Assembly: GCA_051294905.1 (NCBI GenBank) | Contig: CM119371.1 | Location: forward strand, 18,168,001 to 18,232,000 | Reading direction: 5' to 3' | DNA from: Botryllus schlosseri | Lineage: Eukaryota | Length of the DNA: 64,000 nt | Part shown: positions 1-12,686 of the stretch, piece after piece | Position numbering within the stretch: position 1 is the stretch's first letter | How the letters are laid out: each line of letters starts with the position of its first letter | Translations under genes and position numbers: made by a program | Notes under the pieces: model-generated | What the model was told of the DNA's origin: nothing | Database searches by the model: none | What the model saw: the letters and a program-made list of their open reading frames with translations, nothing else

Positions 1-1377
1 TACATATAAATTTAACTATTTATCTCTCTTATCGCACCGTCTATATGTTTCGTTTGATTACTCATTCTTTCATATGCTCTGGTCTCTTGATATATGCTCG
101 ACTCTCGTTCAAGAAAACCCCGCTGCGTAATACTCATTTGAAGATTGTTTCACTCACTGCGAATAGTTTGAACACAAACGAGAACAAGGAACGGAAATTA
201 AACTGCGAACACTGGGTTTGTTTGTAACACTGCGCGGGACAATGTATTTGCTTTCTTAAAAATATATGGAAACCCGATGTGTCATATTTGTAGAAGATCA
301 GTTGTCGTAACGAAGCGTAGAAGCTTAAAATAATACCACGACGGTTTCTTCTGGAGCTATACACATCGCCTGATCTCCGGAAAAACCGTTGCTAGCTAGG
401 TGTCAAGCCCAGCAATCCATATTTCAAGCCATTGGTAAAATTACCGACGACGTTACTGACGCGTCTTTCAAAATTGCTTGGAATATCGCTAAACCCAAGA
501 AATTTGTCGGAAAAGATGTGATTCTACTAAGACTTTAACATACTGTTGGAATATTCGCCGTTTCCGGAACCTAGCAGCAAGGACAACATCACCTGACAAA
601 TTTTGAAGCTACAGTTTTCTGATTCAACCGCGCCCAGAAGAGTAACAGCAATATCAGCAGATCTTCTATCGCATATTCTGAAACATACGTTGCCGCGTAG
701 CCTACTTTATCCTAGCATTGGACGAAACCACCGACATACATTGCATACCTAATTATCTTGGTGCATTTGATCGGAGTGGACATATTTGCAGAGGAAATGC
801 TGACAGGGAAAACGTGGGGAGGGATTAGCGAAAAACATTAGCTTGACAAAGCTGACTTCTGTAGCTAACTATTGGTGCAGAGCTCCAGATATGGCTGGAA
901 AGGATAAAGGTTGATTGGTATGCTCAGAAATGACCCTGAACGCCAGACTTCTTCTCATATCACTGAGAGCTCAAAGTGATCATGGTCTTTGCAACAAAAA
1001 CGCTACCGTCATTTTCTACTTGCTCGCTCAGGCATTTAAACAGGCATTTAAACAGTTCGGCTCTCTGGTGGAAGGGTTCGAATGGGTATGTACTGACTTG
1101 TCAAAGAATGCAATGCACGCTCCATGAAGGGATTTACTTGCGTCGGTGGAAGACACATATTTTCACAAAAACAGCAACTGCAAACTTACAAACGCTGTCT
1201 ATTAATGCTTTAGAATGCATAAAAATGTATTAAGTGCCCGTATACGACTCGAAAATAGGTTACAGTAGCCAAAATTTAATAGTAGCCCACAAATACAAGA
1301 TAATAATGTTCTGCGGCCCGCGGCGTCTTTTGCCGTTAAAGTGCGGCCCGTTACACAAGGGAAGTTGAGAGCCCCTG
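1..1377 (+). mobile_element. Decayed hAT (Charlie/SPIN, GTF2IRD2-like) transposon, left end outside the window
   Basis: Broken translation gives BED-finger-like GNPMCHICRRSVVV (~269-310) and catalytic-type YFILALDETTDI (~703-738). Right TIR gttgagagcccctg ends at 1377. Inverted paralogue of 10717-12031. Confidence 0.85.
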
Positions 1378-2329
1378 CCCTAGGGTGTACGAAACACCCG
1401 ATTAAAAAGCCTTGCTGTATATAATGTTAAACAAATGCGTTTATTCCCCACCAGAAACCATTGAATTCCCCACCGGTTGAGAACCACTGTTTTAAACTGT
1501 AGAAGTGGATATTTCGTTACCGGCCACCACTACATTTTTATCTAGGCTTCAACTCGGCCATCTGAACCGCGTAACCCGAAGCGGTGTCTTAAAAAACCTT
1601 AAAAGTGAGCCGTAGTCGGCAGTTACGGAATCACAATAAAGAATACCGGCCTGGTGTAAATAACCATTGCACTCAAAAACGCCATGAACACCACAAACAA
1701 CAACACCTGTGTATTTAGCAATGCATAACACTTCGCCGCGCCGTCACCCGGTACCCACGATAGAATATACACATTGAGAAAGGTAGCTCCATGTTGGCTT
1801 CACTTCTTTTCAGGTGGCGTACGATGAGGAGACATCACCCTAAGTACCGCCAGAAGACTGGTTGGTGTCAGATCTGTCGGAGATGACGCGTATAAAGTAC
1901 CCTATCGCCCTTTACAGAGAAACCTGTCCTCCGTTGCAAGCGCGCCAAGGAAGATGGTGCGGAAGTCTATTAGCAAGATATGGATAAAGGATATTAATTA
2001 GAAGTGTTATTCGATGAGACTTAAATTAGACGAAGAAGGGATGATTGCCAGTGGTTAATATTTGCATTTTGTTCGTATAGTTCCGTGAGTATAAGTTATA
2101 TATCACGTTGATGAACTGTCGAAGAAGCCGTAATACAGCCGACTTCATAGTAGTCAGCGTTGCTATACTCAAGTACAAGCAGGAGCTGGCTAATGCCGTA
2201 AATTTCTACTCGATTGCTAGTAGAAGCAGAGATTTCCAATAAATTATGTTATTTATTCACATTTGTTTGATATTGTGACGATTCGTGTTTTGGGGTGTCA
2301 GTTTGCAATTCAACTGCTATCCTTTAGAT

Positions 2330-3796
2330 CAGTATGGTTCCCAGCCTGTGGTAGGCCTACGCGTACCACTAGTGGTCGCCGAAGGTATTCCAGGTGGTAC
2401 GCGAGTAGATTCTGTTTTTTTTTCGACCGAAGGGAGTTATATTTCAGGTGGGGTTGAATTTGAGGTTTTTGAAACCGCCGTCGTCGTGGTAAGGTCTTCG
2501 TCTCGGGGTAGGGGCAATCCCACCAATGCCGGTCTACGGGGAAGAGATCTGGTCGTAAAGCATTGGGATTCTTACCTAACCAAATTCCATTTACTATATT
2601 TGACCACATGAATTCCAAATGGATCCAATACAGAAATCATATACAGCGGCCAGGACCGTAACTGCCGCGCCCCAAGCCTCCTAATTTGAGGGGAACGAGC
2701 TCGTAGGGGGCCCAAAATTATTCCATGAATTAGCATAAATCATACAGTATTTTTTAGAGATTTATGCAATTTTTTCATTTTTTGTCGAGCTACGCGTGAT
2801 TTAATGTCAAATATCTTGATTATTGGATACCCTTCCTCCAACCAAAAATACGCACTATTTATGGAAATTGGCACTTCGGCGTTGGCCATAACCGCGCTAC
2901 GACGCACCAAGACATATGAGCTTATATGCCATGTAACATGCGACTCGGAGGCGTGTGCCAGAACGATCAGCAGAGAGACGACCTTGGCCGAAAAGGACTA
3001 CGCTCTATGTGCTTACCGAAAACTTCGGTGTAATACATATATGTTAAATTGTCCATATTCACCCACATAGCTGGCGCCGAATATTCCTGTCCTGGCGATC
3101 TGATCCCCACAAGACAAATGTCATCCCGCCGGGAACATTATTTACCAGTAAAGAAATATCAATTTGACATCGTTTACGTCTTTTAGTTTAGTACGTTTGG
3201 GCGATTTCAATATCTTTTGACATGGCAGTTAGGAGGTTACGAAATAGCATCACGTAACGAAGTCATTATACCAACTGGTATGTCCAAAGATGTTTAATTA
3301 TTTTTAGGGCTCATACCTTCTCCAACACACCTCACTCATCTCTCTCGGTAAATCTGTTTACGTGAGCAGAGAGAGGATTAAAAATTGATAGCAATTTATA
3401 TGCAATTCCCGATCAGATTGAAGGATTCAATCATGAAATATAGAATTCTTTCGCGCTTCGCGCGCTTAAGCGACACAAGCGCACTCACAAAACGGACACC
3501 CAGTGTAGATAATGATAAGAAGCGGCCAAATGCATAAGCCTGAGGGGGTCTGAGGTTCGGTTTATCACCCTATGGGGGCCCAAGACCAACGTTTTGGGGG
3601 AGACTGGCGAAGTGCTGTTACGGTCCTGACTGCGCCTTAAAATGGGAGGTTTATTTTCTATTTCGTTGCCTTCGGCAGCTCAACACGCTGGAAACTTTTT
3701 TGACCGCCTCGGCGCGAGTAACTTGCGTAGGTGGTACGCGAGCACTGCATAAAACCTCGAAATGGTACGTGGGTGGAAAAAGGTTGGGAACGACTG
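2330..3796. mobile_element. Non-autonomous hAT-type element carrying a nested MITE
   Basis: Ends cagtatggttcccagcct ... aggttgggaacgactg; TSD ctttagat/cttcagat; absent from the paralogous block at ~19665. Confidence 0.8.
2651..3628. mobile_element. MITE, CAGG(A/G)CCGTAAC family (other copies or fragments ending 28519, ~35466, 61324, and starting 63598)
   Basis: TIRs caggaccgtaac ... gttacggtcctg; degenerate 8-bp flanks acagcggc/actgcgcc; internal sequence matches 60770-61324 (inverted) and 63598-64000. Confidence 0.8.
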
Positions 3797-4349
3797 CTTC
3801 AGATGTACTTCGTTTCCCGTATCGCTTTTCTTAAAATCAACAATTCTAATTGTCCGTTTATATTTAATTTGATTGTTTAATTACTGTTTTACGTGTCTCT
3901 TCGCTTGCGTTATACTTTGTCTTCGTGAGTGTCTTCCCACTCCCTATTGCAGCAGATTGACGAATTTGCTATGCCTAAAGTGCAATAGTAGCTAACCAAA
4001 TATTATAGGTTGCGCTGTACCAGTAACTTGACCTACGTCATTTGCTGTCATGGTATCGTGAATTCTCAATCCACAGATACACTCAATAAAGTTTATTTAG
4101 ATACCTCACCATTGTAGGTAGCATAAAAGAGTCTCACATCTTAAAACCCAGGAAACAATATTATATACTCAAGGTTCATCATGTAGTAATGAGAGAATAT
4201 CGAAGTACGAAGTAAGTTTCAGTGATATGGTGAGTAGTAGGGCGATCACGTGGTAAATTGTTACTGATAAAGTGTTATATTTCCTTAGTATCAGATACAT
4301 TACGTTAAGCGGACTAAGGGCCCGCCGCACTATTCTTCGAGCATCGGAG

Positions 4350-5026
4350 CAGACTTGAACAACTGGATAATATATAGCTTTTGCAAATTAGATTAGAATT
4401 AGAATTATAGCTACACAGTCTCGTCCAAAATAGATTAGAATTAGAATTATAGCTACACAGTCTCGTCCAAATTAGATTAGAATTAGAATTATAGCTACAC
4501 AGTCTCGTCCAAATTAGATTAGAATTAGAATTATAGCTACACAGTCTCGTCCAAATTAGATTAGAATTAGAATTATAGCTACACAGTCTCGTCCAAATTA
4601 TATTAGAGTTAGAATTATAGCTACACAATTGTTTCCGCATTAGACTAAGAATAAGAATTATAGCGACACAGTCATTTCCCAATTAGACTCAAATTAGAAA
4701 TATAGCTACGCAGTTTCTTCCATATTAGATTAGAATTAGAATTATTCGCGAATACTTGGACATTGATTGAATCAAGTTAAGCTCATATTAAATCACACTT
4801 CGTTCTTATGAGAAGGAGAACAGCAAATGCCTGTAGCCTGAAGCAAGCTTGACGCTTTTCGCATAGTTTTCCTATATAGCATTTACAGGAAAACCAGGAA
4901 TAAGATTAGAATTAGTATTAGAGCAAGGAAAAATCTCACAAATCAGATTACAGTTAGGTTACCGGCATTTCGATCTAATTGATCTTTCTAATCGGAAAAC
5001 TAAAATTATCTGGTTGTCCAAGTCTG
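4350..5026. mobile_element. MITE containing a 42-bp minisatellite (paralogue ~20217-20926)
   Basis: TIRs cagacttgaacaactggataat ... attatctggttgtccaagtctg; TSD catcggag/cgtcggag. Confidence 0.8.
4386..4745. repeat. 42-bp tandem minisatellite ATTAGATTAGAATTAGAATTATAGCTACACAGTCTCGTCCAA
   Basis: About five near-perfect units plus degenerate units; matches the 14-aa period of the spurious ORF 4314-4682. Confidence 0.95.
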
Positions 5027-5898
5027 CGTCGGAGGTGCAATCAAAATTGCTGATTTCGCATATGATTGTTGTGTTTCCAACAACTAAATTACAAGCCTAT
5101 GTCATTATTCGATTCGAGTTTCTTGATTGGTATAAGTGAAATGCAAGACCGATACGCAACGTTTAATTCCCTAGTCCGAAAGCAGGCTTCTTTCAACTGA
5201 GCAAACAGGATTCGACGTCTGATAAATAGCCACGCATTAGCACTGAAGTGTCGAGTCCAAACATGTCATTACTTCACATGAAAATGAAAATGGTTGCTGT
5301 GAAAATGTACTCAAGTGAATAGTATCGAAAAGTAGATTTGATCGGGGATGACTAATTCCGTAAGTGCACGTTGTAGCCTAGGCTACATTTGCAACTAACA
5401 CAAGACTTCTGGGCCTATAACCGATGGTCGCGACACCGAAGTGGTAGCATCTGCGTGTCGCTGGTCGCATAAGAAATTCGAGGGGGCGCGAAAAGTATAT
5501 CAATTTAACACAAGAATTTATACTTCACATTGCACATTGAAACTATTGAAAGATCAATTTGGATACTCCGCACACGCGCTGATCAGAAATATTTAGGGTT
5601 GGGATTTCGGTATCAAATTGAATATGCCATTTCGTGATTTTTCCAAAATTAGCCTACAGTCCATATGATACCGGAATTTTTCGGGATTAGCAACATATAA
5701 CGATCCGCAAGTTACGCAAACCGTATTTATCAAAATACTGACGCAAAAACACCAGTGCATCGATAGTATCACCGTTTAGAGACGGCTTCTGATTTTTCTG
5801 GCAAAATATGCAAGAACGCAAATGCACGTTATCCTAATATGTTTTAATTATGCTTGTAAATTGCATCGCCCTATTTTTCTTGCTCCATATAGGAGCTA

Positions 5899-6861
5899 GG
5901 GGAGATGTGGTACCGATGAAACACTGGGACCGAAAATACTTGAAAGATTATCGGTGATAATCTCATGGTTACAGAACCCGACTTTGTCCACAGTGGCATG
6001 CTGGCAGAATATTTCCTCACATGCAAAAAACTTCGACCTGCGTGCGTGAGTTATGGGGTCTGTGAAAAATGATTTACGTTTTAGGGGGTGCAAAGTAAAT
6101 TTGGATCGAAATATGCATTTTGCTATATCACCTTGCAAACTAACAAACCCGCAACATTTTTGATGTGAATTATAGGGCTTGTATCAAGGTATACAATAAC
6201 ATATATTTTTTGAATCAATATCATCCTCGAGTGGACTACTTTCAATTCAATTACAATATTTATAGGGTGGGGGACCTATGATACCTTAACTAAATCAAGC
6301 AAAATAGTTTGACCAACTAATCACTTAAAACAGAAACACGCCTACATATATAGAGACTGTAAATCAGAGTTACCTGTGGTGTTTTATCGCCATTGCGAGG
6401 TATTTGAAAGTCGAAATGTCGATTTTCCGGTAATATGTATGTGGCATAAATTTTGTAAGTTTATGGCGGAAATCACAACGTGATTTTATCCCAACATCTG
6501 AGTTGATATAATCTATTTTATTCTTGTAGGAGGCGATGAAACATTCTTCATTGGCATGCTGTAGCTTAAATTACAGCACACAACAAAACAAGCGGACAAA
6601 TTTTAGTTTTGAGCGTATGTCTCATAGGTCCCATGGTCGTGTGCCATTGGACCCACCGGGTGGGACCGATGGTACGTTCGGGCAACAAATTTTAAACGTT
6701 TATAAATATTTGTTGAAAAGGAGGATATCCATATAAATGTCTCCGATAGTTAGAGCTTGTATCAAAGTGTTGAGACAGCAAAAGATCCGCTATTCTCGGC
6801 TGAAGATTTGAGGGACAGAGATCATTTTGCAATTTTTGATCCATCGGTACCACATCTCCCC
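5899..6861. mobile_element. TA-flanked MITE with GGGGAGATGTGGTACCGATG TIRs (Tc1/mariner-like TSD)
   Basis: Perfect 20-bp TIRs, TA on both sides; second full copy at 46926-47889. Confidence 0.9.
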
Positions 6862-7663
6862 TACTCCTTCTTTGCAACAGTGATAGCAGTCTAAAATGCA
6901 TGAGCACTTGAGTAAGTTGCGGATGTAGTCAAAACCTATACCTGAGTAGTCCAGAAATGTAGAAGTATTTCGTTGCTGACCAACTCTGATGTGAAGTTAT
7001 AGAATGATTCGAGATTTGCCTTGCTTACGTATGCACTAATAAAAAATGGAAACGTCAACACGATTTCTATGCAAAAAGTTTATTTAGTATTCCTGCATAT
7101 TTATCAGAATCGAATATTCTCGCAAGTGTCGAAAATAACGAATATAATTATAAAGGCTTGTATGGGCAGCATCAGTTACGGCGAACGGAATTAGGCATTC
7201 GAAAACCAAAACTTACAAAAATATATGCTACATGCAACGAGTGTCAGTACATCATGTTTTCACCTAATACCTAAAGAAATGGGACTATAAGATGGAGGTC
7301 GCGTCGATAAACTGCAACATTGATGAATACGTGCCAGAAATTTGTGAAAGGGTTAAGAAACCGTGACGCGTGATGGCGATTAACCTCGACTCTACAGAGA
7401 TTGCTTTATGTTGCCTATTATGAAAATCGTTAAGCTGCCTTTACAATACGGTGACTCCTCGAGAAAAGGGGTGCTGCAAATGTTTTCCCAAGTATATCTG
7501 TACTTTGAGACCACGTCATATTTAGAGAGCTCTAGATATGAAAATAAATACTATCTACATTTACATAGGCGTACGCAGCGTAGCCTACAATGTGAAAAGT
7601 ATTGAACTATCTGAAATAACGAGCGTATGGTGATTACAGCGTTGCAATATAATTAGGCATAAC

Positions 7664-9076
7664 CAGGCCTGTTTATTTTTGGATGTTGGGTTTTATTTTT
7701 GGAGATTCTCCAAAAATAAGACTTGAAAACATCCAAAAATAAGCATTTTTTGGATGATATTTTTTCAAGTTTTTTAGTGAAATGCACGAGTCATAGTCAG
7801 TGTAAATACTGTTGAAACAACCAGGAAACTCACAAACACACACCAAAACAGCATGTGTGTGCGGGAGGGGGTATCCGAAACGCTAAGAGTATTTCCACTC
7901 ACTGGAAGAATCAGAGGCGACACGACAAGGGCTGAAGAGGCGGCATGGTATGAAATCGTGCGAGTGTGGTGCAGGCGGGACCTTGTAACGCAGGCCGAAT
8001 ACTGCCACCTATACAACAATAACTTCGTCCACACGATGATGTAACTGAATCTCTACCTCCAACGGCAACAGGACTTGATCCAGGAAAAGAAAAGTATGTG
8101 CCCCAAGTTTGTAGACAGATGTTGGTTGTCAATTAAGAATATGACCACTTGGTTGACTAGACACCGTAACAAACTCCTCAGGGTTATAAACGATGAAAGT
8201 CCGGCCTGTGCACTTTCGCTGTAGTAGTGGATCCAACCAAGCACCACCGTCACAAAGATTCAGGGACTTGGCCATCTGATCGTGGAGCATGAGGATGAGC
8301 TCCATCGCCTGGTCGAACGCCTTCGAGCTCGGTGCCCAGCTGAGGGCTGGGACAATGACATCCGCGGCCAGGAAGGTCCTCTGGTCAGAGGGTGCTGGGC
8401 TATCAAGTTCACTGAGTCACGCAATTTCGTGGAGGATCAGAGTGTGCACTGCGCAGTCCTCGATCTTCTCGAGAATATCGACGAAGAAGAGAAGCAGTCC
8501 ACGTTCGAGGCAGTCAGGAGCCTTATAGCAGGTCTGATCGACGGCATAAAGGAAATTGAAGTTGCCGACAATGAAGGGGTTCTGCCCTGTCTACCACATC
8601 AAGTGGTGCAACCTCGTAGGCAGGACAGAACAAACACTTCTTCCAATCCATGTCTGTCCGATACAAAATGGACGTCACTTTCAAGCGCATTATTGACGAG
8701 CGACAGTTCTTTGGACCCACATGACTCGATGTTTCCCACAACTGCGACGGTCGAAACCGATTTCTGGAAAATCAACTGGGAGAAAGGCTTCTACCGGGCG
8801 TCACCCACTGATTTTTATTTGGATGGCATTCTCTAGGCCAAAGACTTTGTGATGAAAGTATTAGAACATTAGATCAAGATCACTGATGATGTCGATGTGT
8901 TGCAGAACATGAATACATGATAATAACATACTTTCGGTGAAGTTTTCTATGTAGTATTAGGGCTAAAAACACCTTCATTTCTTATTTTTGGAGATTCTCC
9001 AAAAATAAAATTTGAAAACATCCAAAACTAAGCTATTTTTGTTAATTTTGGAGAAATCCAAAAATAAACAGGCCTA
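7664..9076 (+). mobile_element. hAT DNA transposon, internally deleted, with transposase pseudogene
   Basis: TIRs caggcctgtttattttt ... aaaaataaacaggccta; perfect TSD GGCATAAC (7656-7663 / 9077-9084); empty site at ~43950. Confidence 0.9.
7853..8860 (+). pseudogene. hAT-like transposase pseudogene (single frame with in-frame stops)
   Basis: One frame reads TGRIRG..IVRVWC..YLQRQQDLIQEKKSMCPKFVDRCWLS..PCLPHQVV..FPTTATVETDFWKINWEK..TDFYLDGIL*AKDF, interpretable as decayed CxxH, RW and C-terminal dimerisation motifs of hAT transposases. Confidence 0.75.
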
Positions 9077-9228
9077 GGCATAACGAATTCATTGCAGCTG
9101 GGCCATATCAATATATAACGACAACCTTTGACAAGTCAAATGTTATTTACAGCATCATAATTTAGAACATGGAATGAACAGTGTCCGCAAACATCATATT
9201 GTTTATATTGCCAGATATGCATGTGGAT

Positions 9229-9609
9229 TAGGGCGGAGCATGGACCGGACCCAGGTCAGTACTTTTTCTGATACGGCCGGAGCCGGATCGAAGCCGGATC
9301 AGTACTTTTTACTGAGAATAGGGCAGCCTTATCCTCTTCCGCCCTCGAATTAATAGTTCAAGTGGAACTTTCATGGAAAATAAACCATATGTTAAGTCCA
9401 AATTGGCATAATAACTCCAGATAAGGATTGGGCTTGGTCTTTCGTTTTCTAATCTCCTGTTTTCATTGTTTCAATCAATCTTCAGTACCATACTGTGAGT
9501 GGATATTCAGTATCGGAGTTTTTCGGACCAAATCGCGGTCATTTCTAAAATACGGCCCAGGAGTCGGACCGGAGTCGGACCAGACAGTTTGCCGATCCGC
9601 TCCGTACTC
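9229..9609. mobile_element. MITE (TAGTACGGAGCGGAT-type TIR), paralogous copy 12829-13214
   Basis: TSD atgtggat/atatggat here, atatggat/atatggat in the second copy; empty site gcatatggatgtgtg at ~44095. Confidence 0.8.
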
Positions 9610-10716
9610 ATATGGATGTGTGAAAATGGTCTATGCAACTGATCATAACAGACCACAAATATTTTTAGGATTATAGCTCAATTCGTTTCGGTTAAAGCGA
9701 CTTCCAATTCTGCCCACAAATATGTTTGACAGGACCTCTTTGAAGTTCTCGCAGGCCGCATAAAATTCCACGTCTAAATTAGAAAATTAAATATATTTAG
9801 TCTCTAGTTTGATATATTTGCGTCAATTATAGTTTTACGTGTGCAAAGAAATGCTGAGGATATATAAACTACAATTTCTATATTATTGACTCGCTATAAT
9901 GCTCATTTCATGATATAGTTATGAGTGTAGCGATATGCCGATTGACACCCTTGTTAGGATTTCGGCAATATGCCATGTAAAAAGGCCGTAAGAGAACTAA
10001 TACCACGATGCCTTCAATGATTACATTGGGCCATCGATGATGTTGATGGCGAAGCAAAATGCTATTTTAAAATATATTCTCATGCACAATTACAATGTCC
10101 AAGTTCTGGATCGGGGAATCATGTAGCCTATATCTGTGTTACTGAAATTCGATGGTTTGTGGACGAGCGAAATTATACATTGCATTGGCCTACTAAAGAC
10201 TGTTAAGCAGCAGTGATAGCAGTCTAAAATGCATGAACACTTGAGTAAGTTTTGCAGGTAGTCAAAACCTATGCCTGAGTAGTCCAGAAATGTAGAAGTA
10301 TTTCGTTGCTGACCAACTGTAGTGTGAAGTTATAGAATGATTCGAAATTTGCCCTTGCTTACGTATGCAATAATAAAAAACCGAAACTTCAACACGATTT
10401 TTATGCAAAAAGTTTGTTTAGTATACACTGCATATTTATCAGAATCGAGTATTCTCGCAAGTGTCGAAAATAACAATTATAATTATAAAGACTTATATTG
10501 GGCAGCATCAGTTACGGCGAACGAAATTACGCATTCAAAAACCCAAACTTACAAAAATATATGTTGCATGCAATGAGTGTCAGTGCATCATGTTTTTCAC
10601 CTAATACCTAAAGAAATGGGACTATAAGATTCGTCGATAAACTGCAACATTGATGAATACGTGCCAGGGTTAGGAAACCGTGACGCGCGATGGCGATTAA
10701 CCTCGACACTATAGAG

Positions 10717-12031
10717 CAGGGGTTCTCAACTTCCCTTGTATAACGGGCCGCATTTTAACAGCAAATGACGCTGCGGGCCGCAGAACATTATTACCATGTA
10801 TTTATGGGCGACTATTAAATTTAGGCTACTGTAGCCTATTTACCAGTCATATACGGGCCGGTATGCACCTTTTTATCCCTTCCAACAGAGAACTGAACTC
10901 TCTGTTTCAAAGCGGGAGCGAGCATGTATAAAATTACGGTAACTTTTTCGTTACAGAGGCCATTATCGCAATGAGCTCTCAGTGATATGAGAATAAGTTT
11001 AGCGTTGGGGGTCATTTCTGAGCAAACCAATCAACCCATCTCCATTCATTCCATGGCGGGGCCCTGCACCATTAGTTGATTTTTTTGCTGTCCCCCTCCT
11101 ACGTTTGCCAAACCAGTATTTTCTCTGCAAATATGTCCGCTCCGATAAAAGGCTTCCAGATAAATAGCTATGAAATGTCAGTGGAGTCGGTGAATTCATC
11201 CAATGCTAGGATAAAGTAGTCTACGCGACAACGTGTTTCAGAACATTCGACAAAAGATCGACTGACATTGCTGTTACTCTTTGTGACTACGGTTGAACCA
11301 GTCCAGACAACTGTAGCTTCGACATATGTCAGGTGATGTTGTCATTGCTGCTAAGTTCCGGAAACAGCAAATACTCGCAGAGTTTTATTGAAGTCACAAC
11401 TTCACTAGCAGATTTCGTGGGTTTAGCCCAGCAATTTTGAACGATGTGTCTGTAGCGTCGTCGGCAATTTTACAATGCCTCGAAATATAGATTGCTGGGC
11501 TTGACACCTAGTTAACATTTGTTTAACTCCTGACGAAACGGTCGCGGTATCGTTTTAAGCTTCTACGCTTCGTTACGACTTACGAAAACTGTTCTTCACA
11601 AATATGACACATCAGATTTCCATTTATATCTGAGAATGCAAATTCATTTTACCACTTAGAGTTACAAACTCAGTTCTCGCCGTTTAATTTCCCATTCCTT
11701 GTTCCCGTTTCTGTTCAAAGCATTAGCGGTGAGTGAAACACTCTTAAAAATGTACTTATACGTAGCGGGATTCTTGTGAACCGTAGTCCAACCGAACACA
11801 GATTCAAAACAATAACAATCTAAACTCGAGCATATAACATGAAACCAGAACACATCAAAAATGAGTAATCAAACGAAATAGAGACGGTGCTATAAGAGAG
11901 CTAAGCAGCTCAATTAATGTGCAACAATACCGTGTCAGTAATAATTGCGTTCATAATGAAAGACGTCGCGGGCCGCAAAATTAACGTCTGAGGGCCGCAT
12001 GCGGCCCGCGGGCCGCGGGTTGAGACCCCTG
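10717..12031 (-). mobile_element. Internally deleted hAT (Charlie/SPIN-like) transposon
   Basis: TIRs caggggttctcaac ... gttgagacccctg; perfect TSD CTATAGAG; empty sites at ~7392 and ~43680; inverted paralogue of 1-1377 including the LALDE-type remnant. Confidence 0.9.
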
Positions 12032-12305
12032 CTATAGAGCTTGCTTTATGTTGCATATCATCAAAATCGTGTAGCTGCAGTTGTAATACGGTGGCCCCTC
12101 GACAAAATGACTGGTGCAAATGTTTTTCCCAATTCCATCTATTATTAGAGTTCACGCCATGTTTAGAGAGCTCTAGATATGTACATAAATACGTTATCCA
12201 TATACATAGGCATATGCTGCGTAGCCCACAATGTGAGAAGTATCGAACAGTCTGAAATAACGAGCGTATGGTACTTACGGCGTTGCAATATAATTGGGCA
12301 TAACG

Positions 12306-12686
12306 TAGGATTACCATATTTTGGGATCGGGAAAGGAGGACACCTTTTCAAAATTTTCAAACTCAGAATTCCGGTGAAAACTCTTGAAAAAATGGTGAAG
12401 TTTTCCAACTTCTTGGTCGGTTGACTAAAAAAAGAAGTTCATCTTCCCGGCTCAGCTCCCGAAATACCCGCTGGAGCTATACTTCGGGGCTAATTTACGG
12501 TATCTCAGTCCAATTTGACAGTAAATTCGGTCAAAATTCTCAAAAAAGAGGACAAAATTCTCAAAAAAGAGGAGAAAATCTCATAAAGGAGGACATCTGG
12601 GCGTCCTCGGAGGACATTTTCAAAAACCTGAAAAAGGTGGACAAATCCTCCTAAAGGACGTATGGTAACCAAAAACCATAGGCCTA
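12306..12686. mobile_element. MITE of the TAGGGTTACCATA family (related fragment from 61419)
   Basis: Left end taggattaccata; right end tatggtaacc..cta interrupted by a short insert; cataacg duplicated on both sides. Confidence 0.7.

Larger units (their letters stand above)
2050..5890. repeat. Segmental duplicate block downstream of the 7TM genes (paralogue 19330-21610; partial matches 42950-43000, 50020-50280, 59610-59970)
   Basis: Colinear high similarity once inserted MITEs are removed, e.g. 2160-2325 vs 19495-19665 and 3835-4345 vs 19705-20215. Confidence 0.85.
6880..10185. repeat. Tandem duplicate of the receptor 3' flank, lacking the CDS (paralogues 10190-13790 and 43115-44670)
   Basis: Colinear similarity; 9660-10185 is nearly identical to 13265-13788 and stops ~20 nt short of the position of the receptor-1 stop codon. 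Confidence 0.9.

Noticed and set aside
1793..1830. LTR primer-binding site or exon start shared with 42758-42788
   Set aside because: Better explained as a surviving anchor of the segmental duplication; no LTR pair or conserved frame follows.
4386..4745. CRISPR-like array, or repeat protein ORF 4314-4682
   Set aside because: Units are head-to-tail with no unique spacers, there are no cas genes, and the array lies inside a MITE; the ORF is a by-product of a 42-bp period.
8282..8836. Intact 184-aa host gene
   Set aside because: GTG start; it is the distal part of a longer stop-interrupted transposase frame inside a TIR/TSD-bounded element.
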